The notes under the pieces were generated by a model. It saw nothing but the letters and a program-made list of their open reading frames with translations. It ran no database searches and was not told where the DNA came from. Positions 6,061-16,062 of a stretch of 20,793 bases of DNA are shown one piece after another. Within the stretch, counting starts at the first letter, position 1, and every line of letters starts with the position of its first letter. The stretch covers positions 1-20,793 of the forward strand of contig JBDIWC010000059.1 of NCBI GenBank assembly GCA_039794085.1, read 5' to 3'. The stretch comes from Gemmatimonadales bacterium (lineage in GTDB: Bacteria > Gemmatimonadota > Gemmatimonadetes > Gemmatimonadales > GWC2-71-9). Made by a program: the position numbers and the translations under genes.

Positions 6061-8984
6061 CGTTTCTGCATGAGGGCCCGGTATTCGGACGCCCTGGCGG
6101 GTTGTCCCGAGCGTTCGTAGAGCATCACGAGGGGACGGAGCGCCGCGGTGGCCGAGAGGCCCCCCACGGAATTGGCGATGACAGTGTGACTCTCCAGCAG
6201 CATCGGCTCCGCCTCCGCGTACCTCCCTCGCACCACCAGACACTTTCCGAGCACGCTCCGGATCTCCGCGATGGCCCAGTCGGGGCGGGAAATCCGGGAG
6301 CCGATCTCCAGTGCCTCCCGTGCGATCGGTTCCGCGTCGTCGCATTTCCCCTGGTCCGCCAGAATGCTGGCGACGTTCTTCATCGCTCCGACCGTGAAGA
6401 GGTTGTCGGCCCCGAATCGTCCCTGGAAGATGGCGAGAGCGTCCCGGAACAACGCCTCGGCCCGCGTGAACTCACCCTGTTCCTGCAGCAGGAGTCCCAG
6501 GGCGGAGGACCCCACGCCGACGGATTGGTGATCGTCGCCGAGCAGGCGGCGATATACCGAGAGCGCCGAGTCCACGAGTGGTCTTGCCTCGGCGTATCGA
6601 CCCTGGGCGGTCAATACGTGGCCCAGATTGTTCATGGCATCGGCGACCCGGCGGTCCCCGGGACCATAGGCGTCCCGCGTGAGGACGAGTGCTTCTCGCA
6701 GAAGGGTCTCGGCTTCCGTCAGGCGGTTGAAATAAAACTGGACGCTGGCCTGGCTCAGGAGCGCCACGCCCAGGGCGGGGCCCTGGAGCCCGTGCTGCCG
6801 GTAGATCGCGATGGCCCGGGCACCGACCGTGTCTCCCCCGGCGTAGTCCCCCTTGAGCCACCGAATCCGACCCAATTGCTGAAGAATGTCCGCTACCTGT
6901 GGCGCGTCCGGTCCGAGCTGCGCGGTAGCCAGGTTCAGAGCGTGGACCGTTTCCGTCTCCGCCGTGTCGAGATCACCGGCATCGGAGTGGGCGAGCCCCA
7001 GCAGCTTCTTCCCCTCGGCCACCTCCAGGGAGGCCTCTCCGTAGAGCCGTTGGCGAATGCCGAGTGACTGCTCGAGAAGGGGTGCGGCGACGGCGGGGAG
7101 CCCGAGACCCAGGTAGACCTGCCCCATGCTCCCCATGAGGGCCGCCTGCACGTCGGGCTGGTCCTCCAACCCCGTACTGATCCGGGCGGCGCCGGCATCG
7201 AGGATCTCCCGGGCGGTGACAGTGTTGCCCTTCGTCTCCCCGGGATCGGCCACCCGGAAGAGATCGATCAGGAATTCCGTCACCCGGCGCGAGGTCTCGG
7301 CCTCGCGGTTGGCTCGAGCGCTCTCGAGGGACACACGGCGGAGCTGCACCCCGGTCGCGAGAGCCACGAGGAGGAGTCCCGCTCCGACGAGACCGGCCCA
7401 CCTCAACCGGCGTCGGGTGCGAGCGGCCTTCGCCAGGGCGAGTGCCTCCTGGGCCCGGGCGGCGTGGCGGGCATCGAGGTGGCGGAGACAGTCCGCGAGG
7501 GCTCTCGGATCGGTTCGGCGTTCGGGGTTCCCGTCCACCGCCGAGGCGATGTCCTCGCGTACCAGCGGATCCTCGACATCCCGCTCCCAGCCCGATCCGA
7601 GGGCTCGGGTCAGGTCGCCCACCACCATCTGGTACATGACCACGCCCAGCGAATAGACATCCGCGTGGACCGTCGAGGGCTTCCCCTCCATCAACTCCGG
7701 GGCCATGTAGAGGCGGGTGCCGGCCCCGGCCGTGCCATCCGGTGTCAGGGGGCTCGCCGCGTCGAGTTCGGTGAAACCGATCTCGGTGATCCCCGCATCT
7801 TCCAATCGGGCGCGATCGGTCACCAGCCCGATGCCGAAATCGGCCAGTTGCGCCTGCGGTTCTCCCCGCCCGTCCGTGCTCATCAGGATGTTGGATGACT
7901 TGATGTCCTTGTGGAGCACTCCGACCGAGTGCGCCGCGGCGAGAGCATCGGCGATCTGGGCCACGATCTCCAGGCGGGTAGACATCGGAACGGCGGCCAG
8001 ACCGCCCTGGGCCCTGGCCCATTGATCGAGATTCCCCGCGGCAGACCACTCGGCTTCGAGGAAATAGGGAGCCTCCTCGAAATTCCAGTCGAGAATGCGG
8101 ACGATGTCCCGCCGGTCCCCCAACTCCTCCTTGAGCAGCCGAACGAGGGTCACCTCCCGCTTGAGACCGGTCAGCCGCTGTCCGTCATAGCAGAACTTGT
8201 AGACTCGCTTCTCGTGGGTCTTCTTGTGCTCGGCACGCCACACGTCCCCGAACCCTCCGGTGCCGACCTTCTCCTCGAGGACCCAATTGGGACGGTGAGG
8301 CACTTCGATGCCCGGGGCGGGCCGCCATCCGGTGATGGTGTCCAGGTCGAGTATCCGCTGGACCTTGTCGGTGTCGGCCGGGGGAGCCAGCGGAGCCACT
8401 CCCTCCCGCCCCACCTCATACACCTCGACTGCCTCCGCCACCCCCTGGAACACGTAGGATCCGTGAGCCAGCCAGGTGAGGTCGGTCCCGGCGCCATCAG
8501 TCTGTGGTGTTCCCCGGCGCGCCAGGTCGAAGGCCACCCGGGTCAGGAGGGTCTGCCGTCCGGACGCCACCGACATGATCCGCGCCACCATCGGCTTGGC
8601 GATTCCCTCGACTTCGACCGGCTTGGCCCCTCGAGCCACGTCGGCCGGAGTGTTGGCTCGCCGAATGACCTCGCCGACGTGGATCCCGACCCGGGCCTGG
8701 AGAGGAACCTGAAGTGCGTCGCTCAGGGCGGCGAGCTGGTCGTGGTAGGCGATCGCGTAGCGAACGGCGCTGATGGGCCGGTCGAACAGGAGGAGGAAGC
8801 CGTCGGTCTTGTCGATCTCCTGGCCGCCGTACTGGGAGAGGAGGTCCCGCGCCACTCGGTCGTGCTGCTGGAATACGGTGGCGGCCCGCTCATCACCGAG
8901 CTGTTCGGTGAGACGGGTGCTCCCAACCAGGTCCGAGGCCAGGAGGGTGCTGAGCAGGGGCGAGGACATCGTGGTGTCGGACAT
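6054..8984 (-). CDS. Class III nucleotide cyclase-like domain + Hanks-type Ser/Thr kinase + TM helix + TPR repeats
   Basis: Cyclase: SDLVGST, IDKTDG, RVGIHVGEV, EGIAKP..AR. Kinase: GTGGFG, VYK, HKDIKSSN, DFG, YMAPE, DVYSLG. TM: WAGLVGAGLLLVALA. TPRs such as NNLGHVL..QGRYAEA. Start at ATG 8984 or 8969; the upstream 62 codons of the track ORF are translated repeats. Confidence 0.92.
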   Translation of the reverse strand: MSDTTMSSPLLSTLLASDLVGSTRLTEQLGDERAATVFQQHDRVARDLLSQYGGQEIDKTDGFLLLFDRPISAVRYAIAYHDQLAALSDALQVPLQARVGIHVGEVIRRANTPADVARGAKPVEVEGIAKPMVARIMSVASGRQTLLTRVAFDLARRGTPQTDGAGTDLTWLAHGSYVFQGVAEAVEVYEVGREGVAPLAPPADTDKVQRILDLDTITGWRPAPGIEVPHRPNWVLEEKVGTGGFGDVWRAEHKKTHEKRVYKFCYDGQRLTGLKREVTLVRLLKEELGDRRDIVRILDWNFEEAPYFLEAEWSAAGNLDQWARAQGGLAAVPMSTRLEIVAQIADALAAAHSVGVLHKDIKSSNILMSTDGRGEPQAQLADFGIGLVTDRARLEDAGITEIGFTELDAASPLTPDGTAGAGTRLYMAPELMEGKPSTVHADVYSLGVVMYQMVVGDLTRALGSGWERDVEDPLVREDIASAVDGNPERRTDPRALADCLRHLDARHAARAQEALALAKAARTRRRLRWAGLVGAGLLLVALATGVQLRRVSLESARANREAETSRRVTEFLIDLFRVADPGETKGNTVTAREILDAGAARISTGLEDQPDVQAALMGSMGQVYLGLGLPAVAAPLLEQSLGIRQRLYGEASLEVAEGKKLLGLAHSDAGDLDTAETETVHALNLATAQLGPDAPQVADILQQLGRIRWLKGDYAGGDTVGARAIAIYRQHGLQGPALGVALLSQASVQFYFNRLTEAETLLREALVLTRDAYGPGDRRVADAMNNLGHVLTAQGRYAEARPLVDSALSVYRRLLGDDHQSVGVGSSALGLLLQEQGEFTRAEALFRDALAIFQGRFGADNLFTVGAMKNVASILADQGKCDDAEPIAREALEIGSRISRPDWAIAEIRSVLGKCLVVRGRYAEAEPMLLESHTVIANSVGGLSATAALRPLVMLYERSGQPARASEYRALMQKRQ

Positions 8985-9037
8985 CAGAGGGAAAATGATG
9001 CAGGGAGCAGGTTTGCGCGAGGGGTGGGGGGGTAGGG

Positions 9038-9281
9038 GGGTGTTGGGTATTGGGTGTTGGGTATTGGGTGTTGGGGAATTAGGGCAATGACCAATGACCA
9101 ATGACCAATGACCAATGACCAATGAACAATGAACAATGAACAAGGGGGCAGGGGATTCGACGATCCTCATCCCCGGCGAACGCCGGGATCCATGGACCGT
9201 TCCGGCACCGTCGCACCCTCCTACGTCCTATGCCCTTGTTCTCTGTCCTCCGTCCTCTGTCCTCTGTCCTGCGTCCTCTAC
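9038..9281. repeat. Mosaic of heptamer arrays (GGGTRTT x5; AATGACC x5 then AATGAAC x3; CCTCTGT-like x~7) around a REP palindrome
   Basis: Arrays at ~9038-9075, ~9086-9141 and ~9220-9281; REP tcatccccggcgaacgccgggatccatgg at 9167-9195. Confidence 0.9.
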
Positions 9282-9283
9282 AG

Positions 9284-10414
9284 CTACCGCGCCAGCCGCC
9301 CCTCGGGCTGGAACACCGACCAGGCGAACCAGAAGTGGTTCCCATGGGGCACAGCGGGGAGCCGCTTGCCCGCCAACTCTCCCTCCACGGCCCGGCCCAG
9401 GATGTCCCAGGTGGAACCGGTTTCCTTGTCGCGGAAGCGGCCCGGCCCCGCCGGTGCGAAGGTGAGGGTCCGCCCTTCCAGCTGCGGCACGAAGACTCCG
9501 GTGGCCCCCACATCGCGTCCTTGGGCTATCTCGCGGGCATCGAGGGCGCTGGAGGTCCCGGGGGCCCAGAACACCACGAGGGGGGTCCCGGCGAGCCGCT
9601 CATGCCGCACCCGCTCCTTCGCCAGATTCGTGAAGGGGATGGCCAGGGAGGAATCGCCCCGGGTCACCGCCACGACCCGCTCCATGGCCGGGAGGCTTTG
9701 GTCGATCTTCCCGCTGACGAAGCCGGGGATGGGCCGCCCGCCGGGTCCGTCGTAGGAGGCGTAAGGGTTCTGCCCGTAGGGGCGGCTGTGGCCGGTCCGG
9801 CGTGACAGAACCTTCCCCTCGGGCCACGTCTCCCGAAAGGTCTTCCAACTGACCATCGGGGCGCTGATGACCGTGAGCCGGGTGCCGGTGAGCTCACCCA
9901 CGATTCCCTCGCCGGTGGCCTGTTGCCACCAGCTCTCGGTTTGACGGTCGTACATCACCATGTCGGAGTGGCGGAGACGCCCCGACACTCCGAAGGTGAG
10001 CACCCGGTCTCCCACACGACCGTCGAAGGCGATGGCGGTGTTGCAGAGGGGGCAGAAGGTGACTGTCACCGGGAGGCTCCCGATCCGGTCGTTGACGATC
10101 TCGTGCCAGATGAGCACCTGGATCGGATAGGCCCGGGCCTCGCCGCCCGCTTCGACGACCACGACCGGTTCCGGATCCTTGAGCCATCCGCCGGCCTGAC
10201 GGACCGACTCGAAGTTCGGCGAATCAATCGCCGGGATGCCATCCTTGGAGGGCCCCCCGGACACGATCTCCACCAGCGGCACACTCCGCTTGGAAAAATC
10301 GGTGCGCCACTCGCCGCTCTGTGCCTGGACGACCGAGGCGGCCATCATGCTCGCCGCGACCGTGCCCGCAACCCCCGCGATGAGCCGACGAAGACTGGAG
10401 CGCTGAACCTGCAT
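9284..10414 (-). CDS. DUF3179 domain-containing exported protein
   Basis: Signal peptide (RR..hydrophobic..VQA); GGPSKDGIPAID, RAYP...WHEIVND, TFCPLCNT (CxxC), FGVSG.L..SD.VMYDRQTESWW.Q, FWFAW..F.P. Confidence 0.92.
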   Translation of the reverse strand: MQVQRSSLRRLIAGVAGTVAASMMAASVVQAQSGEWRTDFSKRSVPLVEIVSGGPSKDGIPAIDSPNFESVRQAGGWLKDPEPVVVVEAGGEARAYPIQVLIWHEIVNDRIGSLPVTVTFCPLCNTAIAFDGRVGDRVLTFGVSGRLRHSDMVMYDRQTESWWQQATGEGIVGELTGTRLTVISAPMVSWKTFRETWPEGKVLSRRTGHSRPYGQNPYASYDGPGGRPIPGFVSGKIDQSLPAMERVVAVTRGDSSLAIPFTNLAKERVRHERLAGTPLVVFWAPGTSSALDAREIAQGRDVGATGVFVPQLEGRTLTFAPAGPGRFRDKETGSTWDILGRAVEGELAGKRLPAVPHGNHFWFAWSVFQPEGRLAR

Positions 10415-10440
10415 GGGAACTCCTCGGATCTCAGTTCAAG

Positions 10441-10550
10441 AACATAGGACGGCAGGACAGAGGACGGCAGGACAGAGGCCCCTACCGCCTACCGCCTATC
10501 GCCTATCGCCCATCGCCCATCGCCCATCGCCTACCGCCTATCCTTACCTA
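10441..10550. repeat. Back-to-back 7/8-mer arrays (AGGACGGC/AGGACAG, then CCYAYCG x~8)
   Basis: Directly visible; fills most of the gap between the Crp-like stop codon and the DUF3179 start. Confidence 0.85.
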
Positions 10551-11237
10551 CGCCGGCATCGCCGCCAACGCCGGACGTCCCCCCGAGGCGAGATCGCCAA
10601 GGTGGTCCAGATCCTGAAGCTTGATCATGCTGCGGCGGACATCCAGGGTCCCCTGTCGGCGAAGAGCCCGGAGAACCTGATTGGTGGTCTGACGGGAGAT
10701 CCCCGCCGTGGCCGCCACGAGGTCCTGGGTCAGGGGGAGATCCGTCTGCGACGCCGGATCCCCACCGCCGAGCGACCGGGCGAGGAAGAGCAGAACCGCC
10801 GCGACCCGGGATGTCGGAGGGAGCTGGACCAGGTGCCGGTGGGCCACCATGCTCCGCTGCTGGCGCTGGCCTGCCGCCGCCACCGCCCGGGCGAACGGGA
10901 GGTCGCTCGAGAAGGCACGGTCGAAGATGGGGCCGGGGATGTGGATGAGGGTGACCGGGGTCAGTGCAATCGTTTCCCAGCGCCCCTCCTGATCCGCAAA
11001 ATCGGTGGAATCATGCCCCACGATGAGGTGTCCGACGCCGTAGATCTCACTCACCACCTTGGAACGCCCCGGACGGGTGAGGAAAACACCGAGGACCCCG
11101 GCGACGACCACGGTGGCTCCGTACCGGGTTTCAGGGGCGAGAATGTCTCCCGGACCGAGGGAGCGACGGATGATCGTGGGGAGACGCAGCACTTCTGAGG
11201 TGATGTCTGGAGCCTGGCTGACCAACTTGATTGTCAT
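10548..11237 (-). CDS. Crp/Fnr-family transcriptional regulator
   Basis: C-terminal HTH 'RVAAVLL.L.....LPLTQDLVAATAGISRQTTNQVL..LRRQGTL....IKLQDLDHL'; divergent beta-barrel N-terminus; purine-rich RBS before ATG 11237. Confidence 0.88.
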   Translation of the reverse strand: MTIKLVSQAPDITSEVLRLPTIIRRSLGPGDILAPETRYGATVVVAGVLGVFLTRPGRSKVVSEIYGVGHLIVGHDSTDFADQEGRWETIALTPVTLIHIPGPIFDRAFSSDLPFARAVAAAGQRQQRSMVAHRHLVQLPPTSRVAAVLLFLARSLGGGDPASQTDLPLTQDLVAATAGISRQTTNQVLRALRRQGTLDVRRSMIKLQDLDHLGDLASGGRPALAAMPA

Positions 11238-11355
11238 GGCGCTTTTCCTTCCCATCGAGCCTGGAGGTGGGGTACCGATATTTCTGGGTTTCCTGTCTTA
11301 CACGTCGCGAATCGGATTTCGTATCTTTCGAGCTTCTCGAACCCCGGAGCGCACC

Positions 11356-12363
11356 CTGTCTCTGCTCGTCATCGGAGGCACCAGAAACCTCGGCCACCTC
11401 CTGGTTCTGGCGCTCCGCGAGGCCGGGCACAGGGTAACGGTGCTCAATCGTGGGGTGACCCCCGACACCCTCCCCCGGGATGTGGAGCGTCTCCGGGCCG
11501 ACCGGACCGATCCTCGGGCCCTGGCTGTTGCCTTGAAACAACACGACTGGGAAGCGGTGGTGGATCTCGCCTGCTACTCCGGGCCCGAAGCGGAGGCCGC
11601 TGTGGACCTGCTTCGGGGGCAAACCGGCCGCTACATTTTCATCGGGACCGGTCAGGTCTATCTGGTCCGAACCGAAGTCCGGCGGCCCTCGCGGGAGGGG
11701 GACTACGCAGGGCCTCTCCTCTCTGAGCCACCGGCGGGGACCCGGGACCACGACAACTGGCGCTACGGGATCGGGAAGCGGGAGGCGGAGGATGTGCTCG
11801 CCGAGGCGTGGTCAAGGTCCCGGTTTCCGTACACCAGCCTTCGCTTGCCCATGGTCCACAGCCCGCGGGACCATTACGGCCGGATCCACAACTACCTCCT
11901 GCGGCTCCTCGATGGCGGCCCGATTCTCCTGCCGGACGGTGGGGATCTCTCGGTCCAGCATGTGGTTGCGGATGATGTCGTCGGGATGATCTGTCGTCTG
12001 ATCAACTCCGACGCCGGCGTGGGGGACGCCTACAACCTGGCCCAGCCCGATGTACTCACGGTGGAGGAGGCACTCGGGGTGATGGCGGAGGCCGCGGGGG
12101 TGCCGCTCCGGGTCCAGCGGGTTTCCCGGGTGACCCTCGATGCCCAGGAGCTGCTCCCGGCATGCTCACCCTTTTCCGACCCGTGGATGTCGGCGCTCGA
12201 TTCTTCGCGGGCCGCCGCAGTGCTCGGGTTCCAGGGAACCCCGATGGGGGAGTACCTGCCTCGCCTGGTTGAGCATTACACTCGCTCGGCGCTTCCGCCA
12301 CCGGTGGGGTATGCTCAGCGGAAACGTGAACTCGCGCTGAGGAACGGTGTGATGCCGGGATGA
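11356..12363 (+). CDS. NAD-dependent epimerase/dehydratase (atypical/extended SDR)
   Basis: LLVIGGTRNLG, GH.VTVLNRG, DR.D, YIFIGT..VY, YG.GK, LR.P.V. Start uncertain: CTG 11356 follows GGAG (11346-11349); alternative ATG at 11236. Confidence 0.88.
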   Translation: MSLLVIGGTRNLGHLLVLALREAGHRVTVLNRGVTPDTLPRDVERLRADRTDPRALAVALKQHDWEAVVDLACYSGPEAEAAVDLLRGQTGRYIFIGTGQVYLVRTEVRRPSREGDYAGPLLSEPPAGTRDHDNWRYGIGKREAEDVLAEAWSRSRFPYTSLRLPMVHSPRDHYGRIHNYLLRLLDGGPILLPDGGDLSVQHVVADDVVGMICRLINSDAGVGDAYNLAQPDVLTVEEALGVMAEAAGVPLRVQRVSRVTLDAQELLPACSPFSDPWMSALDSSRAAAVLGFQGTPMGEYLPRLVEHYTRSALPPPVGYAQRKRELALRNGVMPG

Positions 12364-13904
12364 GCGGATTCGCCGAGTACGATCAGTTCGACGGACTCGG
12401 ACTGGCCGACCTGATCCGCCGTCATGAGGTGACCCCGGAGGAGGTCCTGGAGGCCGCGATAGCCCGGATCGAGCGCCACAATGCCGCGGTGAACGCGGTG
12501 ATCCACCCGATGTTCGACGATGCCCGGGTTCGACTTCCCGAGGCGGTGCCCCGCTCCCCCTTCGGCGGCGTGCCCTATCTTCTCAAGGACCTGGTGGCCA
12601 ACCATGCCGGTGTCCCCACCCGATCGGGGAGTCGGTTTCTCCGGGACTTTGTCCCCGACCACGACACGACACTCGTGGCTCGGACCCGGGCCACGGGGCT
12701 TGTGACGCTCGGCAAGACCAACACCCCGGAGTTCGGGCTCAATCCGGTGACCGAGCCCGAGCTTTTCGGACCCACGCGCAACCCTTGGAATCTGGAACGC
12801 ACTGCCGGGGGCTCGAGTGGGGGATCCGCCGCCGCCGTGGCGCTCCGCATGGTCCCGATCGCCGGAGGTGGTGATGGTGGGGGATCGATCCGGATTCCCG
12901 CCTCCTGTTGCGGGATCTTCGGCCTCAAGCCCACCAGGGGCCGCACGCCGGTGGGCCCCGACCGAAGCTTGATCTGGCAGGGGGCGGTGATCGAGCATGC
13001 GCTCACCTGGTCGGTACGGGACAGCGCCGCGCTCCTCGACGCCACATCGGGGCCGGAGGGAGGAACGGGGGTGACGTTGCCCGCGCCAGTCCGGCCGTTT
13101 CTGAGCGAGGTCTCCCGGGATCCGGGGAGGCTGCGGATCGCGATGTCGGCCCACCCCTTCCTGGGCCACGAGGTCGATCCCGCCTGTCTACGGGCCCTGG
13201 AGGAGACCGCGGACCTTCTGCGCCGACTCGGGCACGAGGTGGTGGAGGCGACTCCCGAGATCCAAGGCCGCGACTTTGCCCGTGCCTTTCTGACCATGGT
13301 GGCCGTCGAACTCCGGACCGACCTGCGCGAAGCAGAAGGCGCTGTTCAGCGAACCGCACGGAGGGGAGACATGGAACTTGCATCCTGGACCCTCGCCCGG
13401 CTGGGCGGTTCCATCCCGGCCACCCAGTATGCCGCCGCCCTTCGGGAACTGGATCGGACCACCCGCTCGGTCAACCAGTTCTTCACCGAGTGGGACATTC
13501 TGCTCACTCCGACGCTGGCGTCACCTCCGGTGCTGCATGGGGCGTTGCGCCCTCCGGCAGGTGAACAGAGGGTGATGCGGATGCTGAGCGGCGTGCCGGG
13601 CGGGGGGTGGATGCTGAACCGGATCGGAGCCCTCGAACAGAGCGCCGAATCGGTGTTCGACTTCATCCCCTGGACTCCGGTGTTCAACGCGACCGGACAG
13701 CCGGCGATGTCGGTGCCTCTCTGCTGGTCCCCGGAGGGATTGCCGATCGGAATGCACTTTGTCGGCCGGTTCGGAGACGAATCGACCCTGTTCCGGCTGG
13801 CGGGGCAATTGGAACGCGAGGTACCCTGGGAGATTCGACGTCCGCCGGAGCCCCCGGGTGGCTCCCGCGACCCGGCTGCAACAGCGCGGGACCCTGGCTC
13901 GTAG
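12360..13904 (+). CDS. Amidase-signature family amidase (cytoplasmic)
   Basis: GVPYLLKDL (Lys), GKTNTPEFG, NPWNLERTAGGSSGGS, GGDGGGSIRIPAS; ATGA overlap with the SDR gene. Confidence 0.95.
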   Translation: MSGFAEYDQFDGLGLADLIRRHEVTPEEVLEAAIARIERHNAAVNAVIHPMFDDARVRLPEAVPRSPFGGVPYLLKDLVANHAGVPTRSGSRFLRDFVPDHDTTLVARTRATGLVTLGKTNTPEFGLNPVTEPELFGPTRNPWNLERTAGGSSGGSAAAVALRMVPIAGGGDGGGSIRIPASCCGIFGLKPTRGRTPVGPDRSLIWQGAVIEHALTWSVRDSAALLDATSGPEGGTGVTLPAPVRPFLSEVSRDPGRLRIAMSAHPFLGHEVDPACLRALEETADLLRRLGHEVVEATPEIQGRDFARAFLTMVAVELRTDLREAEGAVQRTARRGDMELASWTLARLGGSIPATQYAAALRELDRTTRSVNQFFTEWDILLTPTLASPPVLHGALRPPAGEQRVMRMLSGVPGGGWMLNRIGALEQSAESVFDFIPWTPVFNATGQPAMSVPLCWSPEGLPIGMHFVGRFGDESTLFRLAGQLEREVPWEIRRPPEPPGGSRDPAATARDPGS

Positions 13905-13931
13905 GGGATGGTGACTTTCCCGGAGGACTCG

Positions 13932-16061
13932 ATGGTGCGAATCCCGCGACTGGCGGCGATGGTTCTGGCGTGTACGGTTTCGTGGGTGAGGCCGGCCACG
14001 GGGCAGGATCCCGTCCCCGACACGGCCCGGCTTCCGACGGTGGAAGTGACGGGGACCCGGTCGCGCCGATCGATCCTGGAGCAACCCCTCGCCATGACCC
14101 ATATCCCGCGGGCGAGTTTCGAGAACGCGTCGGGCTACCGGCTGGATCAGGCGCTTACCTTCGTGCCCGGTGTCGTTGCCCGGTCGCGGTACGGCACCAG
14201 TGACATCCAGCTCATCATCCGGGGCTACGGGGCGCGGGGGGCGGGCGAGAGGTCCAATTCGGGCACCTCGCGGGGAGTCCGGGTGTTGATCGACGGATTT
14301 CCCGAGACCGAACCGGATGGACGCACGTCGTTCGATGGAATCGACCTGGCCTCCGCGTCCAGCATCGACGTGATCCGGTCCAGCGTCTCCAGCATCTATG
14401 GCAATGCCGCCGGGGGAGTGGTGAACATCACCACCGATGCCCCGATCGAAGGTCCCTTCAGCACGATGGAGACCCAGATCGGTTCGGCGGGCCTGCGCCG
14501 GATCTCCGGTCGCGCGGGGATCCTCGTGGGGAGGGGCCAGGTGAACGCCAGCGTGTCCCGCACTGTTTTTGACGGCTGGCGCGAGCACTCCAACAGTGAC
14601 CGCACCCTGGGCACGGCGTCGTACCAGTTTCCGCTGGGGTCCCGGACCACACTGGGGCTCTTCGGGTATGGTGTGTCCCATACTTTCCGGATCCCCGGCC
14701 CGCTGACGGCCGACCAGGTGGAGGCGGATCCGGATCAGGCTAACGCGACGTTCCAGTCGCGCGATGAGCGCCGGGAGAATCGCCTCGGACGACTCGGGGT
14801 CCGCATGACGCATCAGCTCTCCTCCGAGATCGAGCTGAGCGGGATGGCGTTCGGCATGCTCAAGTTTCTCAATCGGTCGGAACGCAACACCTTCCGCGAC
14901 TTCGACCGGTACCATGTGGGCGGCAACGCCATGATGCGATGGAGCCGGGACGTCGGATCCGTCCGGCACGCACTGACCGTGGGGGTGGACGAGGCATACC
15001 AGGACGGATCGATCAACTTCTGGAACCTGTCGGCCACGGGTGGGAAGGGCGATCGGCTCACGACGGACAAGAGGGAAGGGGCGAACAACGCCGGGGCGTT
15101 CGTGCAGGAGGAGGTGTCGATCGGGCGATGGGATCTCACCGCCGGATTTCGGTTCGATGCCATCACCTACCGGGTGGAGGACTTTCTCGACCGCCAGCTC
15201 TCCGACACCAGGACTCTGTCGGGGCTGACTCCCAAGCTCGGAGTGAACTTCCGTCCGACCGCGATGGAGAACGTGTACCTCAGTGTGGGGGGCGGGATCG
15301 AGGCGCCGGCGGGGAACGAAACCAATCCGGCGAGCACCTTCGGTGCGGATACGGTGTTTGCGCTCAACCCATTGCTGGAACCGATCCGTTCCACCACGGT
15401 GGAGGTGGGATACCGACGCATCAGCGTGATCGGCTTCGCGATTCTGCGCACCGACGTGGCCCTCTACCGGACCAGTGTGCGGAATGAGGTGATCCCCTTT
15501 CAGGGGGGGCGCTTCTTCCTTACCGCCGGCCGGGTCCGCCGGGAAGGGGCCGAGCTCGGGGCCGATCTCACGGCGGGGCGGGTGACTGTCAACGGTGCAC
15601 TGACTCTTTCCCGGCATCGGTACCGGGAATACCTCGTCGATTCGGTCCACTACGGCCGGCCGGGCCAGTTCGCCGACTTTGCCGGGAACGCTCTGGTGGG
15701 CGTTCCCTGGGCTACCTGGGCGGTCGGCGCCGGGTATCGGATCGGGGCACTCCATGACATGGAAGCGCGGGTGGTGCTGGAGGGGAACAGCCGCTACCAT
15801 GCCGATGACGCGAACCTGGTGACGGTTCCCGCCTGGCGCACCGCGGACCTGACGCTGTCCCTGCCCCGGCCGCTTCGGCTCGGAGGGGGGCTCGGGGTTC
15901 GGGGCGCCGTGACCGTGAGCAACCTGTTCGATGCCCGGTATGTCGGGTCGGCCTTCCTGAACCCGTCGGTGGTGGACGGAGTGCCGGTCGCGTTCGAACC
16001 GGCCGCTCCCCGGCAGATTCTGATCTCCCTTTCTCTCGGACAATTCGGAGTGGTGGATTGA
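13932..16061 (+). CDS. TonB-dependent outer-membrane receptor
   Basis: GGAGG before ATG 13932 (alternative 13908); signal peptide; TonB-box-like 'LPTVEVTG'; plug 'IRGYG...VLIDG.P...IDVIR...[12 protein letters not shown]'; C-terminal 'V.NLFD..Y...PR'. Confidence 0.93.
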   Translation: MVRIPRLAAMVLACTVSWVRPATGQDPVPDTARLPTVEVTGTRSRRSILEQPLAMTHIPRASFENASGYRLDQALTFVPGVVARSRYGTSDIQLIIRGYGARGAGERSNSGTSRGVRVLIDGFPETEPDGRTSFDGIDLASASSIDVIRSSVSSIYGNAAGGVVNITTDAPIEGPFSTMETQIGSAGLRRISGRAGILVGRGQVNASVSRTVFDGWREHSNSDRTLGTASYQFPLGSRTTLGLFGYGVSHTFRIPGPLTADQVEADPDQANATFQSRDERRENRLGRLGVRMTHQLSSEIELSGMAFGMLKFLNRSERNTFRDFDRYHVGGNAMMRWSRDVGSVRHALTVGVDEAYQDGSINFWNLSATGGKGDRLTTDKREGANNAGAFVQEEVSIGRWDLTAGFRFDAITYRVEDFLDRQLSDTRTLSGLTPKLGVNFRPTAMENVYLSVGGGIEAPAGNETNPASTFGADTVFALNPLLEPIRSTTVEVGYRRISVIGFAILRTDVALYRTSVRNEVIPFQGGRFFLTAGRVRREGAELGADLTAGRVTVNGALTLSRHRYREYLVDSVHYGRPGQFADFAGNALVGVPWATWAVGAGYRIGALHDMEARVVLEGNSRYHADDANLVTVPAWRTADLTLSLPRPLRLGGGLGVRGAVTVSNLFDARYVGSAFLNPSVVDGVPVAFEPAAPRQILISLSLGQFGVVD

Positions 16062-16062
16062 C

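Noticed and set aside
8985..9170. First 62 aa of the 1038-aa ORF (SLVIGHW and PNTQHP repeats)
   Set aside because: These are translations of heptamer arrays, not a plausible protein domain.
9038..9281. CRISPR array
   Set aside because: Units are contiguous 7-mers with no 25-45-nt repeats separated by unique spacers, and there are no cas genes.
9284..10414. Selenoprotein form of DUF3179
   Set aside because: The CxxC is Cys-Pro-Leu-Cys and the ORF has no in-frame TGA.
11238..11355. Canonical CRP/FNR box in the divergent intergenic region
   Set aside because: No TGTGA-N6-TCACA or TTGAT-N4-ATCAA match is visible.
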